A DNA stretch of 64,000 nt from an uncultured Eubacteriales bacterium (GCA_934378145.1 CAKXXW010000001.1:1458-65457), one strand, 5' to 3'. Numbered from the stretch's first letter, positions 8,277-17,131 are shown. Numbers and translations are program-made. The notes: generated by a model from the letters alone, not told the origin.

Positions 8277-10055
8277 TCAGTTTCCTTTCTCTGCATTTCT
8301 TTTAGGTCCGTATGCGATTATTACCGTATTAACAACAGACCGCGAGCTTCCGTCGCTCGGTCTGTTTACCGTACTGTAGCTTCCGCCGTCAAGGTTCACC
8401 ATCTCAGCCGAACCGCCTCCGTCAAGCAGGAACGCCGTCCTTATGCCGAGATCGGCGCAAAGGGCGTCAAGCGCCGAGATCTTCACACCTGTACTCCAAT
8501 CCTTCTGCCTTCCGTCGCAGGTTATCATCACGACATTGCCGTTGTCCTTGATGCCGAGGATCGACGCGGGATACGCGGTATTATCCTTCGATCCCTGCGA
8601 TCTTCCGTCGATCATCACCGGAATGTGACCTCCGACGGCGTTCTTCATATTCTGCCAAAGCTCATCATTTCCCATCTTATCGGTCACGGTGAATCCGATC
8701 TCGACCGTATCTCCTACCGCGTACTGCTCAAGAAGTGCTTTCTTCGTCCCGCGGGCGGTGAGGATCATATAATTTGCCTGCATATCGTATTTTTTACCGC
8801 CCGGCTCGGTTATGGCGATGACCTTTCCCCTCACCGTCTCACCGTGACGCACTGTGTAGTCTCCGCAGTCGATCACTATCTCAAAGGCGTCGGACAGCGA
8901 ATAGTTCGAGGTACTGTAAACATCCGAATAGACCATCAGCGCGTTGTTTGCCGGCAGGCGGTTGAGTCCGTCGGCGCTCGCCGTGAGGTTCTTCGATGTG
9001 TTTACGATCTTTATTGCGAGCTGAGGATTTCCGAGTACCGCCCTTCCGTCCTCGGTAACGCCGAAGGAATAGAAGTCGCCCTCATACGGTGTTTCAAACC
9101 TTGAATGAGACGAGCTGATTATCTCGCCGTCGTAAATATTGAAGCCGCGCGGAATCGTCAGCGACTTCGTAACGACCGGATCGGAGCAGTCCTTGTATGT
9201 CGTTCCTTTACCCTCGACTCTCGCATGAGCATATGTCACCATCCATAGGTCCCCGTTCACCGCCGAGATCGCAGTAAGACCTTTCCCGTTTTCGGAATTG
9301 AATTTCTTCACCGTATTGCCGACCGTGACGAGCTTGTTTGAAGTCGCACCGCCCTTTGTCACACAGAAATAGAGGTCGGACTGCTTAGGATCGAATTCGA
9401 CGACCGTGAATTTCTGAAGTCCGTAGGGGGATGATGCCGGCAAAGAATAGAAGGTCGAGGTCACTCCGGGATAAAGCACCTTATGGATATGCGCCGAGGC
9501 ATCCTCGTATTCAAGGAAGACATCCGTGACATCAATATTTCCGTAAAGCGACAGATCCTCTTTCAGCGCAAGCTCCTTTGAGAGCAGCTCCGAAGCAAAG
9601 CGCTTTGCCGCCTCACGGGTCGCCGCATCTGTCGTTCCGACGATGACGAGCTTCTTCCCGACAAACCTTACGGCATAGTCACCTTCGCCCTCAAGCGTCG
9701 CAAGCACCTCTGCCGATTCCGGTCGGTTGGTATCTCCGATAAGTATCTCAAGCTCGGGAGCCTTCTCGCCGCCAAGTTCGTCGAGCCAATCGTTATTCAG
9801 CTTCAGTGAATATCCGAAAAGCTCCTTTAAGGCATCGTTTATGCTTGATGCCGCCTCTATGAGCAGCGGGCGCTTCCCGTCTGTCCGAACAAGTACATAA
9901 TCGCGAAGGTTTTCTTCGTTTATGATCGTTTCGGACTGTTTTTCCGTGACTGAGCTGCTCTCGCTGTCGGGTGTCTGCCCGCTTTTCTCACATGCGGTAA
10001 GGAAAAGCAAGGCGATGCATATAAGGAGCGCTGTAAGTCTTACATATCTATTCAT
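8277..10055 (-). CDS. Phosphodiester glycosidase (DUF2233/NAGPA-like) lipoprotein
   Basis: 592 aa with signal peptide and lipobox 'LFLTAC'. The C-terminal 'AFLLDGGGSAEMV' is typical of the phosphodiester glycosidase domain. Confidence 0.6.
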   Translation of the reverse strand: MNRYVRLTALLICIALLFLTACEKSGQTPDSESSSVTEKQSETIINEENLRDYVLVRTDGKRPLLIEAASSINDALKELFGYSLKLNNDWLDELGGEKAPELEILIGDTNRPESAEVLATLEGEGDYAVRFVGKKLVIVGTTDAATREAAKRFASELLSKELALKEDLSLYGNIDVTDVFLEYEDASAHIHKVLYPGVTSTFYSLPASSPYGLQKFTVVEFDPKQSDLYFCVTKGGATSNKLVTVGNTVKKFNSENGKGLTAISAVNGDLWMVTYAHARVEGKGTTYKDCSDPVVTKSLTIPRGFNIYDGEIISSSHSRFETPYEGDFYSFGVTEDGRAVLGNPQLAIKIVNTSKNLTASADGLNRLPANNALMVYSDVYSTSNYSLSDAFEIVIDCGDYTVRHGETVRGKVIAITEPGGKKYDMQANYMILTARGTKKALLEQYAVGDTVEIGFTVTDKMGNDELWQNMKNAVGGHIPVMIDGRSQGSKDNTAYPASILGIKDNGNVVMITCDGRQKDWSTGVKISALDALCADLGIRTAFLLDGGGSAEMVNLDGGSYSTVNRPSDGSSRSVVNTVIIAYGPKRNAEKGN

Positions 10056-11281
10056 TTTTTGCTTACCTTTCCGTCTGTTATCTGACCGACTATCGAGACA
10101 AGGATATCGACCACCTTATCCATTCCCTCGGCAGTTATATGCTCAAACGGGCCGTGGCAGGCATATCCGCCGGTCCCGAGGTTCGGGCAAGGCAGTCCCA
10201 TGAACGACAGCCTTGCGCCGTCGGTACCTCCGCGGACAGGAATGATGAGTGGCTCAAGCCCCTCCGCTCTCGTCGCATCGCAGGCAATATCGACGACATA
10301 CATACAGTCTTCGATCTTTTCTTTCATATTGCGGTACTGATCGCGGATCGTGAGCTTTACCGTTCCCGCGCCGTACTTTTCGTTCATGAGCTTTTCTATA
10401 TGGCGCAGGGTCGCAAGCCTTGCATCAAAGCTCCCCGCCGAATGGTCGCGCACGATATAGTAAAGCGTCGCGGCACTGCAATCACCCTTCATCGAACAGA
10501 GATGGAAGAAGCCCTCATAGCCCTCGGTATCCCGCGGAGTCTCACCCGACGGGAGCATCGAGTTTATCTCGAACGCGACAAGCGCGGCGTTTATCATCTT
10601 ATCCTTTGCGCTTCCGGGATGGATATTGAAGCCCGTGACCGAGAATTCAGCCGACGCCGCATTGAAATTCTCGTAGTCTATCTCCCCCTCGGGACCGCCG
10701 TCGACCGTATAGGCAAAGGCGGCTCCGAAGCGCTTCACATCGAAGCAGTCGGCACCGCGTCCGATCTCCTCATCGGGAGTGAAGCCTATGCATATCTTTC
10801 CGTGCGGGATATTCCCCTTCACAAGTCTTTCGGCAAATGTCATGATCTCGGCAACTCCCGCCTTGTCATCGGCGCCGAGAACGGTATCGCCCGATGTGGT
10901 GATAAGCGTTCTGCCGGCAAGTCCCGAAAGGTGCGGGAAATCCGCCGGCGAGAGGACTCTCCCGTGACCGAGATCGACATCCTTACCGTCATAGTCCGGT
11001 ATCACCCTCGGACATACATTTTCACCCGAAAAATCGGGTATCGTGTCAAGGTGCGAAATAAATCCGACCGCGGGCAGACCTTCAAGTCCCTTAGTTGCGT
11101 CGATATGTGCGTAAACATAGCATTTTTCGTCGTACTCAGCCCCGATACCGAGAGCCTCAAGCTCTTTTACAAGCATATGCGCAAGGTCGAACTGGTGAGC
11201 GGTCGACGGAACGCTGTCCGACTCCTCGCAGCTCATCGTGTTTATTTTCACATATCCGAGAAATCTCTCATATGCTCTCAT
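10052..11281 (-). CDS. pepT: Peptidase T (tripeptide aminopeptidase)
   Basis: M20B family with N-terminus 'MRAYERFLGYVKINT', 'ISHLDT' and 'GADDKAG'. I take ATG 11281 as the start because the track's TTG at 11287 sits too close to the GGAG RBS. Confidence 0.9.
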   Translation of the reverse strand: MRAYERFLGYVKINTMSCEESDSVPSTAHQFDLAHMLVKELEALGIGAEYDEKCYVYAHIDATKGLEGLPAVGFISHLDTIPDFSGENVCPRVIPDYDGKDVDLGHGRVLSPADFPHLSGLAGRTLITTSGDTVLGADDKAGVAEIMTFAERLVKGNIPHGKICIGFTPDEEIGRGADCFDVKRFGAAFAYTVDGGPEGEIDYENFNAASAEFSVTGFNIHPGSAKDKMINAALVAFEINSMLPSGETPRDTEGYEGFFHLCSMKGDCSAATLYYIVRDHSAGSFDARLATLRHIEKLMNEKYGAGTVKLTIRDQYRNMKEKIEDCMYVVDIACDATRAEGLEPLIIPVRGGTDGARLSFMGLPCPNLGTGGYACHGPFEHITAEGMDKVVDILVSIVGQITDGKVSKK

Positions 11282-11317
11282 CTGCAAAGAACTCCTTTTC
11301 CTGTTTTATCAAATGAT

Positions 11318-11346
11318 ATTTTACCACATATCCCCCGAAATGGCAA
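11318..11346 (-). promoter_or_regulatory. pepT promoter
   Basis: Read on the minus strand: TTGCCA, 17-bp spacer, TGgTAAAAT. Confidence 0.5.
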
Positions 11347-11386
11347 CAGAGTTGCCGATTTTTTTATTTTTGCTTCCGTCGGACTA

Positions 11387-11415
11387 TTTACAAATGAGGT
11401 CAAATAGAGTATAAT
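11387..11415 (+). promoter_or_regulatory. xpt promoter
   Basis: TTTACA (11387-11392), 17-bp spacer, TATAAT (11410-11415). Only about 30 nt separate it from the start codon. Confidence 0.55.
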
Positions 11416-11444
11416 AATTACAATTCAATATTGGAGGAATTGCT

Positions 11445-12026
11445 TTGAAACTTTTGGAAGAACGGATTCTCCGCGACGGGGAATTCAAAGGGAACGGTAT
11501 CGTCAGAGTCGACAGCTTTCTTAACTGTCAGATGGATATAAACCTCATCTCCGAGATCGGTAAGGAATTTTACAGGCTTTTCGGCGATAAGGAGATCACA
11601 AAGATCCTCACGGTCGAGGCATCGGGCATCGGAATTGCGTGCATAACCGCGACCTACTTCAAGGTTCCGGTCGTCTTCGCGAAAAAGTCCCAGTCGGCTA
11701 ATATCTCCGATGAGGACGGACTTCTCACCGCGAAGGTGCGCTCCTTCACGAAAAACATCGAGAACATGATCAGAGTCGACAAAAGGTACATATCACCGTT
11801 TGACCGCGTTCTTCTCATAGACGACTTTCTTGCGATGGGCGAGGCTCTGCTCGGAATGATAGAGATAGTGAAACAGGCGGGTGCCGAAGTCGCGGGTGCC
11901 GGCATATGCGTTGAAAAAGCATTCCAGCCCGGCGGCGACATTGTAAGGAAAATGGGCATCGACCTTCATTCGCTCGCCATAATCGACAGAGATGCCGACG
12001 GCAATATGATCTTCATCGAAAAATAA
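11445..12026 (+). CDS. xpt: Xanthine phosphoribosyltransferase
   Basis: 193 aa with a TTG start and GGAGG RBS. 'VDSFLNCQMD', 'VEASGIG' and 'LLIDDFLAMGEA' align along the full length with Bacillus Xpt. Confidence 0.9.
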   Translation: MKLLEERILRDGEFKGNGIVRVDSFLNCQMDINLISEIGKEFYRLFGDKEITKILTVEASGIGIACITATYFKVPVVFAKKSQSANISDEDGLLTAKVRSFTKNIENMIRVDKRYISPFDRVLLIDDFLAMGEALLGMIEIVKQAGAEVAGAGICVEKAFQPGGDIVRKMGIDLHSLAIIDRDADGNMIFIEK

Positions 12027-12047
12027 GCTCTGCAAAGGAGAAACGAT

Positions 12048-12731
12048 ATGAAAATGATCCTCAGCGGCGGCGGCGGATACGCCAAAAATCCCGAAGCATA
12101 CGATCTCTTCGCCGCAAGCGTCGATAAAAGAAAACCGGTACTCTACATACGCTTTGCCGCCCTGCCCGACGATTACACCGCAGCTTACGGAAAATTCGCC
12201 GCATGGATGGCGGAGCTTGGGATCTTCTCGACAAGGCTCTGTGACAGCCCCGAGGTCTTCTCTGAATTCGATCTCTCGGAATTCGGCGGGATCTTCTGCT
12301 CGGGCGGGAACACATTCAGACTTCTTAAGACACTCAAGGACTGCGGCGCCGACAAAAAGATTAAGGAATACCTTCAAAACGGCGGGACATATATAGGTAG
12401 CTCCGCCGGTGCCATCATCGGCGGATACGACATAATGCCGATAATCTATATGGATCCGAACTCCGTACTGCTTGAAGACACCCGCGGACTTGATATGATG
12501 AACGGCTGGTCAACGATAGCCCACTACGGCGACTCGGTGTCTGCCCTTCGCAATGAGGAATGGGACAGAGCGGTGAGGCTCCTTGCCACGCGATACGAAA
12601 AGCTCATTGCCCTCTCGGAGGAAAGTGCCGTCGTGATAGACGAAAACGGAGCGACTATACAGGGCTCACCCTGCAAGGTCTTTGAAAACGGGATCGAACG
12701 CACCGTCGAGACCGGCGGGCGCCTCTGCTGA
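12048..12731 (+). CDS. Peptidase E-like (S51 / type 1 glutamine amidotransferase-like) protein
   Basis: 227 aa with 'FCSGGNTFRLL' and the nucleophile motif 'IGSSAGA'. Confidence 0.65.
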   Translation: MKMILSGGGGYAKNPEAYDLFAASVDKRKPVLYIRFAALPDDYTAAYGKFAAWMAELGIFSTRLCDSPEVFSEFDLSEFGGIFCSGGNTFRLLKTLKDCGADKKIKEYLQNGGTYIGSSAGAIIGGYDIMPIIYMDPNSVLLEDTRGLDMMNGWSTIAHYGDSVSALRNEEWDRAVRLLATRYEKLIALSEESAVVIDENGATIQGSPCKVFENGIERTVETGGRLC

Positions 12732-12744
12732 CGGAGATAATATA

Positions 12745-13731
12745 ATGGAAAAAAAGCTTTTGCACGACCTTGAACTTCTCACGGGGAACAGGCAGATACT
12801 TGCGAAGAGCTTCAGGACCGAATACAATTCCCTTCTGATCCTTGCCGCGGGTATGTATGCATCCGAGAATGCGATCGCGGATCCCGGGAAGATCAGGCAG
12901 TCGACAGCTCTCATAAAGAGCAGGACGCACTTTTTCTCGACCTTTCGCAACTCGCCGATGCGCTTCTGCACGGCGACGATGCTCTCGCTCGATCCCGCAC
13001 CCGAAAGGATGTTTGATCGGGTACATTCTGTGTACGGAATGCTCAGGAAGAGCTTTTCACCGAGCTTTTACCTTGCTTCGGCGGCGTATATGCTCGCCTG
13101 CGGAAGTGACGCGCGCGAACTTCCCGACGCCATCGGAGCAATGCACGATTTCTACCATATGATGAAGGCGGATCATTCCTTCCTCACGACGGGAGAGAGC
13201 ATGATCTATGCCGCGCTCGCGTCGTCGTCCGGAATATCGAAAAGGGACTTTCACGAGCGGACAGAGATAGCCTACCTCAAGCTCAAGGGCTTCTTCCCCG
13301 CCTCGTCAAGGCTTCTCTGCTCCTACCTCATCGCGCTCTCTCCGCACAGCGAAAATTACGGTTTTGAGCGCACGGTCATGCTCTATGAACGCCTGCGCGC
13401 CGAGAAGCTGCGCTACGGGAAATATCACGAGCTTCCGGTCCTGACTCTTCTCGCGCTCACGGGAGACGACATCGGCGAACTTGCCGCCGAAATGAAAGAA
13501 GTCAACGACTATCTGAAAGAGCATCGCGGCTTCGGTGCCTCGCTCGGCTCGGCACAGAGACTCATGTTCTCCGCCATGCGGCTCTGCACGGTAAAATCCG
13601 GAGAATCCGAAGCTCTCTCAAAAAACATCACAATTAGCAGCACGGGTGCCGTGATACTCGCTCAGCAGGCAGCGGTCATGGCGGCTGTAGCCGCATCTGC
13701 GGCAGCCGCGGCTGCCGCCTCCTCAAACTGA
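12745..13731 (+). CDS. Hypothetical protein (possibly DUF4003 family)
   Basis: 328 aa from ATG 12745, which has a GGAGA RBS; the track ORF start at 12682 overlaps the upstream gene. It looks helical and has an Ala-rich C-terminal tail. The family assignment is from memory only. Confidence 0.4.
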   Translation: MEKKLLHDLELLTGNRQILAKSFRTEYNSLLILAAGMYASENAIADPGKIRQSTALIKSRTHFFSTFRNSPMRFCTATMLSLDPAPERMFDRVHSVYGMLRKSFSPSFYLASAAYMLACGSDARELPDAIGAMHDFYHMMKADHSFLTTGESMIYAALASSSGISKRDFHERTEIAYLKLKGFFPASSRLLCSYLIALSPHSENYGFERTVMLYERLRAEKLRYGKYHELPVLTLLALTGDDIGELAAEMKEVNDYLKEHRGFGASLGSAQRLMFSAMRLCTVKSGESEALSKNITISSTGAVILAQQAAVMAAVAASAAAAAAASSN

Positions 13732-13754
13732 GAAAAAGGCAGGACATAAAAATT

Positions 13755-14981
13755 TTGACAACCGAAAGATCTTTCCCTCACTTCACGGTGACAAAAAAAG
13801 CCGCGGCATCCGTAAAAAACGGACATCCGTGGGTATACGGTGAGGAAATACTCTCCGGCGCCGAGGGAGTCGCGAACGGCTCGCTCTGCGATGCCTTCAC
13901 GGAAAAAGGCACATACCTCGGGACCGGACTTTACAACGAAAAAAGCAAAATAAAACTAAGGCTCCTGTCCGACAACGCAAACGAAAAATTCGGTGAGAGC
14001 TTCTTTGCCCGCCGCATCGGATATGCGATAGATCACAGGCTCACGGTAATGCGCGACGACTTTGACTGCTGCCGGCTCGTTTTCGGCGAGGCGGACGGTC
14101 TTCCCGGGCTTACCGTCGACAAATACAACGATATGCTCGTAACGCAGACCGTGTCGTTCGGTATGGATATGCGGAAGGATATGATATTCCGCCTGCTCAT
14201 ATCCGAACTTGAAAAGCGAGGCGTGACCGTTTCGGGTATATTCGAGCGAAACGACCTTGCGCTCCGCGACCTTGAGGGGCTTGAACAGGGCAAGGGCTGG
14301 TTCATGTCCGACTTTATCGGCCATCCCGATTTTACCTCGTTTGAGATATGCGAAAACGGGATAAAATACACGGTGGATATTGAGAACGGACAGAAGACCG
14401 GCTTCTTCCTTGACCAGAAGTACAACAGGCTCGCCGCGGCAAGGCTTGCAAAGGGCAAAAAAGTCCTCGACTGCTTCACCCACACCGGCTCGTTTGCCAT
14501 GAACGCCGTAAAGGGCGGCGCTGCCCATGTGACCGCGGTCGACATCTCAAGGGACGCGACCTCTCTTGCAGAGGGAAACGCCCGTCTTAATGGTATGGAA
14601 GACAGAATGGACTTTCTCTGCACTGATGTTTTTGACCTTCTGCCGAAGCTGTGCGAAGAACACGCCGATTACGATTATGTGATACTCGACCCGCCCGCCT
14701 TCACAAAGAGCCGCAGGACGATAAAGGATGCCGAGCGTGGGTACAAGGAGATAAACTACCGTGCAATGAAGCTCCTGCACCGCGGGGGATACCTTGCGAC
14801 CTGCTCCTGCTCGCACTTTATGAGCAACGAGCTTTTCCTCAGGATGCTCATCTCGGCATCGCACGACGCGGGCGTGACACTGAAGCTCGTGGAAGCCCGC
14901 CGCCAATCACCCGATCACCCTATCCTTCTCAATGTTCCGGAAACAGATTACCTTAAGTTCTATCTGTTCCAGATCGTTTGA
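13755..14981 (+). CDS. Class I SAM-dependent rRNA (cytosine-C5) methyltransferase, RlmI-like (PUA + MTase)
   Basis: 408 aa with 'GHPWVYGEEI', 'GLPGLTVDKY', 'LDCFTHTGSFA' and 'VILDPPAF'. Confidence 0.8.
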   Translation: MTTERSFPHFTVTKKAAASVKNGHPWVYGEEILSGAEGVANGSLCDAFTEKGTYLGTGLYNEKSKIKLRLLSDNANEKFGESFFARRIGYAIDHRLTVMRDDFDCCRLVFGEADGLPGLTVDKYNDMLVTQTVSFGMDMRKDMIFRLLISELEKRGVTVSGIFERNDLALRDLEGLEQGKGWFMSDFIGHPDFTSFEICENGIKYTVDIENGQKTGFFLDQKYNRLAAARLAKGKKVLDCFTHTGSFAMNAVKGGAAHVTAVDISRDATSLAEGNARLNGMEDRMDFLCTDVFDLLPKLCEEHADYDYVILDPPAFTKSRRTIKDAERGYKEINYRAMKLLHRGGYLATCSCSHFMSNELFLRMLISASHDAGVTLKLVEARRQSPDHPILLNVPETDYLKFYLFQIV

Positions 14982-14994
14982 AAAGGAAAAATTT

Positions 14995-15336
14995 ATGAAG
15001 CCGATCACACTTAACGAAGAAAACTTTTCCGATAAAGTATTCGGCGCAAAAAAGCCGGTGCTTCTCTTCTTCCATGCGGATCGCTGTGCATTCTGCCGAC
15101 GCACCGAGCCGGCGTTTGAGGAGCTTGCGGATGAGACCGACAGCATCATCTTTGCGAAGATTGACGCCGACGCAAATCCCGACCTCACTTCCCGCTTCGG
15201 TATCATGGGTCTTCCCGCTCTCATACTTCTTGACGGCGGAAAAGAGATCTCAAGGAGCGTCGGAATGAAGACAAAATCACAGCTTATCACCATGATCGTG
15301 TCGAAAGCCGACAGCGATTTGCAATTTTCACGGTAA
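14995..15336 (+). CDS. Thioredoxin-family protein (atypical CAFC active site)
   Basis: 113 aa from ATG 14995. 'PVLLFFHADRCAFCRRTEP' and 'FGIMGLPALILL' match the thioredoxin fold pattern. Confidence 0.75.
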   Translation: MKPITLNEENFSDKVFGAKKPVLLFFHADRCAFCRRTEPAFEELADETDSIIFAKIDADANPDLTSRFGIMGLPALILLDGGKEISRSVGMKTKSQLITMIVSKADSDLQFSR

Positions 15337-15387
15337 TGTGATATAATAAGAAAAAACGAAGGTATTCCCCGACGGGAGGTGACTTTT

Positions 15388-15942
15388 TTGAAACAGCAGA
15401 TCACGAAAGGCGCAATAGAAGCCTCTTTTTTGCGTCTTCTCAGAATCAAACCGTTTGAAAAGATCACCGTGCGCGACATAGTAGAGGATTGCGGACTTAC
15501 GAGGAATACCTTCTATTATTATTACCAGGACATTTACGATATAGTCGACGATGTGCTTCGCCGTATGATCGACGAGGCGATAGCCTCCGCCGAAAGCGGC
15601 GATAACTGGGAAGACCTGCTTGACCGCGGCGTTGAAACGCTCCGCGGCAACCGGAAGATGGTACATAACCTCTTCCTGACCTCAAAATCGTCAGAGCTTA
15701 TGCAGTACTTTTCAAAATCAATATCAAGGCTCATTGCCCACTATCTCGATTCGGTCCCCGAAATATCCGACAGTGATAAGGATCTGCTCACGCGCTTCTG
15801 TACCAATGCCTTCAAGGGTATGTTCCGCGAATGGATCGAATCGGGAATGGAAGGCGATTTTTCATCCGACATAAAGCGCACGATAAAACTCTTCTCCGCC
15901 TCGATGACAGAGGTGGCAAAAAACACTCACGACAGAGTGTAG
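15388..15942 (+). CDS. TetR/AcrR-family transcriptional regulator
   Basis: N-terminal HTH 'ITVRDIVEDCGLTRNTFYYYYQDIYD'. I prefer the start at TTG 15388, 8 nt after GGAGG; the track's GTG at 15379 overlaps the RBS. Confidence 0.8.
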   Translation: MKQQITKGAIEASFLRLLRIKPFEKITVRDIVEDCGLTRNTFYYYYQDIYDIVDDVLRRMIDEAIASAESGDNWEDLLDRGVETLRGNRKMVHNLFLTSKSSELMQYFSKSISRLIAHYLDSVPEISDSDKDLLTRFCTNAFKGMFREWIESGMEGDFSSDIKRTIKLFSASMTEVAKNTHDRV

Positions 15943-15999
15943 CCTTTGCGCATATGCGTGCAAATGTAATGTTTTGTTACAGTTTGCGGCTTTTGAATG

Positions 16000-16028
16000 T
16001 TGCCAAACAAAGCTCACAGCATTATAAT
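16000..16028 (+). promoter_or_regulatory. Promoter of the DUF308-like gene
   Basis: TTGCCA (16000-16005), 17-bp spacer, TATAAT (16023-16028). Confidence 0.5.
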
Positions 16029-16057
16029 GAATCAAATACCGTGGGAGGATATAGATA

Positions 16058-16654
16058 ATGAAGAAGAAAACGGGTATCGTGATGCAGGCGAAGGTATTCA
16101 ATGTTGTCGCCGCGGCGTGCGTGTGCATTGCCGGCATTATTATACTTCTTACATATAATACGGGTGCGGAGGCATACCTCAAATGGGGACTCGGCGCGCT
16201 CTGCATATTCCTCGGCGGTGCAAAGCTGCTCGGGTATTTCTCAAATGACCTTTACAGGCTGGCGTTCCAATTTGACCTTACATTCGGTATCTTCATCACC
16301 TTCGTCGGAATACTGATATTAGTGGCGCCCGACAATGAGGTAATGAGTATCCTTCCGCATATTTTCTCAATATATGTGATACTTGACGGCTCGCTCAAAT
16401 TCCAGATAGCGATCGATGCGAGGCGCTTCGGAATGTCGAAATGGCTTATAATACTCTTCACCTCGATAATCATCTGCCTTGCCGGTGCGGCTGCCGAGAT
16501 CGGAGCCTACCTACCTATCGGTGATCCGGCAAGCCCCGTGACCCTTCTCGGCGTGGCGCTGATCGCCGACGGATGCGAGAACTGCTTCGTTACCGCTTAT
16601 ACGGTAAGAGTCGGAGCAAAGAATAAAAAGCTTGAGGATAAATTCAACCTCTGA
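16058..16654 (+). CDS. Integral membrane protein (HdeD/DUF308-like)
   Basis: 198 aa with about 6 hydrophobic helices carrying repeated G-rich motifs. GGGAGG RBS. Confidence 0.5.
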   Translation: MKKKTGIVMQAKVFNVVAAACVCIAGIIILLTYNTGAEAYLKWGLGALCIFLGGAKLLGYFSNDLYRLAFQFDLTFGIFITFVGILILVAPDNEVMSILPHIFSIYVILDGSLKFQIAIDARRFGMSKWLIILFTSIIICLAGAAAEIGAYLPIGDPASPVTLLGVALIADGCENCFVTAYTVRVGAKNKKLEDKFNL

Positions 16655-16707
16655 GCGAAAATAAAAAAGTTTTTTTGAGAACTGCGCAATTTTTTGCCGT
16701 ATAACCC

Positions 16708-16736
16708 TTGACAAAGGTCTTCGTTTGTGGTATTAT
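16708..16736 (+). promoter_or_regulatory. Promoter of tRNA-Ala
   Basis: TTGACA (16708-16713), 17-bp spacer, TGgTATTAT (-10 at 16731-16736). Confidence 0.65.
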
Positions 16737-16746
16737 ATACGGCGTT

Positions 16747-16822
16747 GGGGCATTAGCGCAGTTGGGAGCGCACAACACTGGCAGTGTTGGGGTCAGGGGT
16801 TCGAATCCCCTATGCTCCACCA
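16747..16822 (+). tRNA. tRNA-Ala (anticodon GGC)
   Basis: 76-nt cloverleaf folded by hand. Acceptor GGGGCAT/ATGCTCC carries the G3:U70 alanine identity pair, the anticodon loop is CTGGCAG, the T-loop is TTCGAAT, and CCA is encoded. Confidence 0.9.
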
Positions 16823-16828
16823 ATAAAG

Positions 16829-16858
16829 AGGCACGGCAATAGCCGTGCCTTTTCTTTT
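16829..16858 (+). terminator. Rho-independent terminator of tRNA-Ala
   Basis: Stem AGGCACGGC / GCCGTGCCT followed by TTTTCTTTT. Confidence 0.8.
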
Positions 16859-16871
16859 GGTGGAGCATAGG
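16857..16871. repeat. Inverted copy of the tRNA-Ala 3' end
   Basis: TTGGTGGAGCATAGG is the exact reverse complement of 16809-16823 (CCTATGCTCCACCAA). Confidence 0.9.
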
Positions 16872-17007
16872 ACTCGATAAGAAGCCTGCAAGTTGCGATG
16901 CGAGCTTCGACAGATCGGTAAATACCGCACAAGAAGTATTAAACCCGGGCTGAGAACTTCACCGTGCAGCTGCTGCGCGGAAAAGTTCCGCAGAAATTTT
17001 TCCGTGC

Positions 17008-17024
17008 CGAATCCTCTATGCTCC
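17008..17024. repeat. Direct partial copy of the tRNA-Ala T-arm/acceptor 3' segment
   Basis: CGAATCCTCTATGCTCC matches tRNA positions 16802-16818 (CGAATCCCCTATGCTCC) at 16 of 17 nt. Confidence 0.85.
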
Positions 17025-17072
17025 GATGAGAAGCCCGCAAGTATTGCTTGCGCGCGCGAAAGCATCTTTTTC

Positions 17073-17119
17073 TTGATTTGTTCCGCTCGGCATTGTATAA
17101 TTGAGCTGTATCAATTATA
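17073..17119 (+). promoter_or_regulatory. Promoter plus candidate operator of the XRE-family gene
   Basis: TTGATT (17073-17078), 17-bp spacer, TATAAT (17096-17101). A perfect 9-bp inverted repeat TATAATTGA-N6-TCAATTATA (17096-17119) overlaps the -10. Confidence 0.5.
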
Positions 17120-17131
17120 CGGAGGTAAAAT

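Noticed and set aside
11342-11365. A hairpin GGCAAC-AGA-GTTGCC followed by T7 on the plus strand, resembling a terminator.
   Set aside because: No plus-strand gene lies upstream to terminate. The stem contains the pepT -35 hexamer (TTGCCA on the minus strand), so this is most likely incidental promoter-region symmetry.
10139-11407. A 422-aa ORF antisense to pepT.
   Set aside because: It is a mirror-frame ORF opposite a well-supported gene. It runs through the pepT promoter region, has no RBS, and shows no recognisable motifs.
11288-11444. An expected guanine/purine riboswitch upstream of xpt, as in Bacillus.
   Set aside because: The xpt -10 hexamer (11410-11415) is only about 30 nt from the start codon, which leaves no room for an aptamer. 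I could not find the conserved purine-riboswitch loops in the intergenic region.
16644-17065. Two minus-strand ORFs (74 aa and 90 aa) covering tRNA-Ala and its downstream region, both containing 'EHRGF'.
   Set aside because: They are translations of the antisense of the tRNA and of its partial copy. The shared peptide only reflects the nucleotide repeat reported as a finding.
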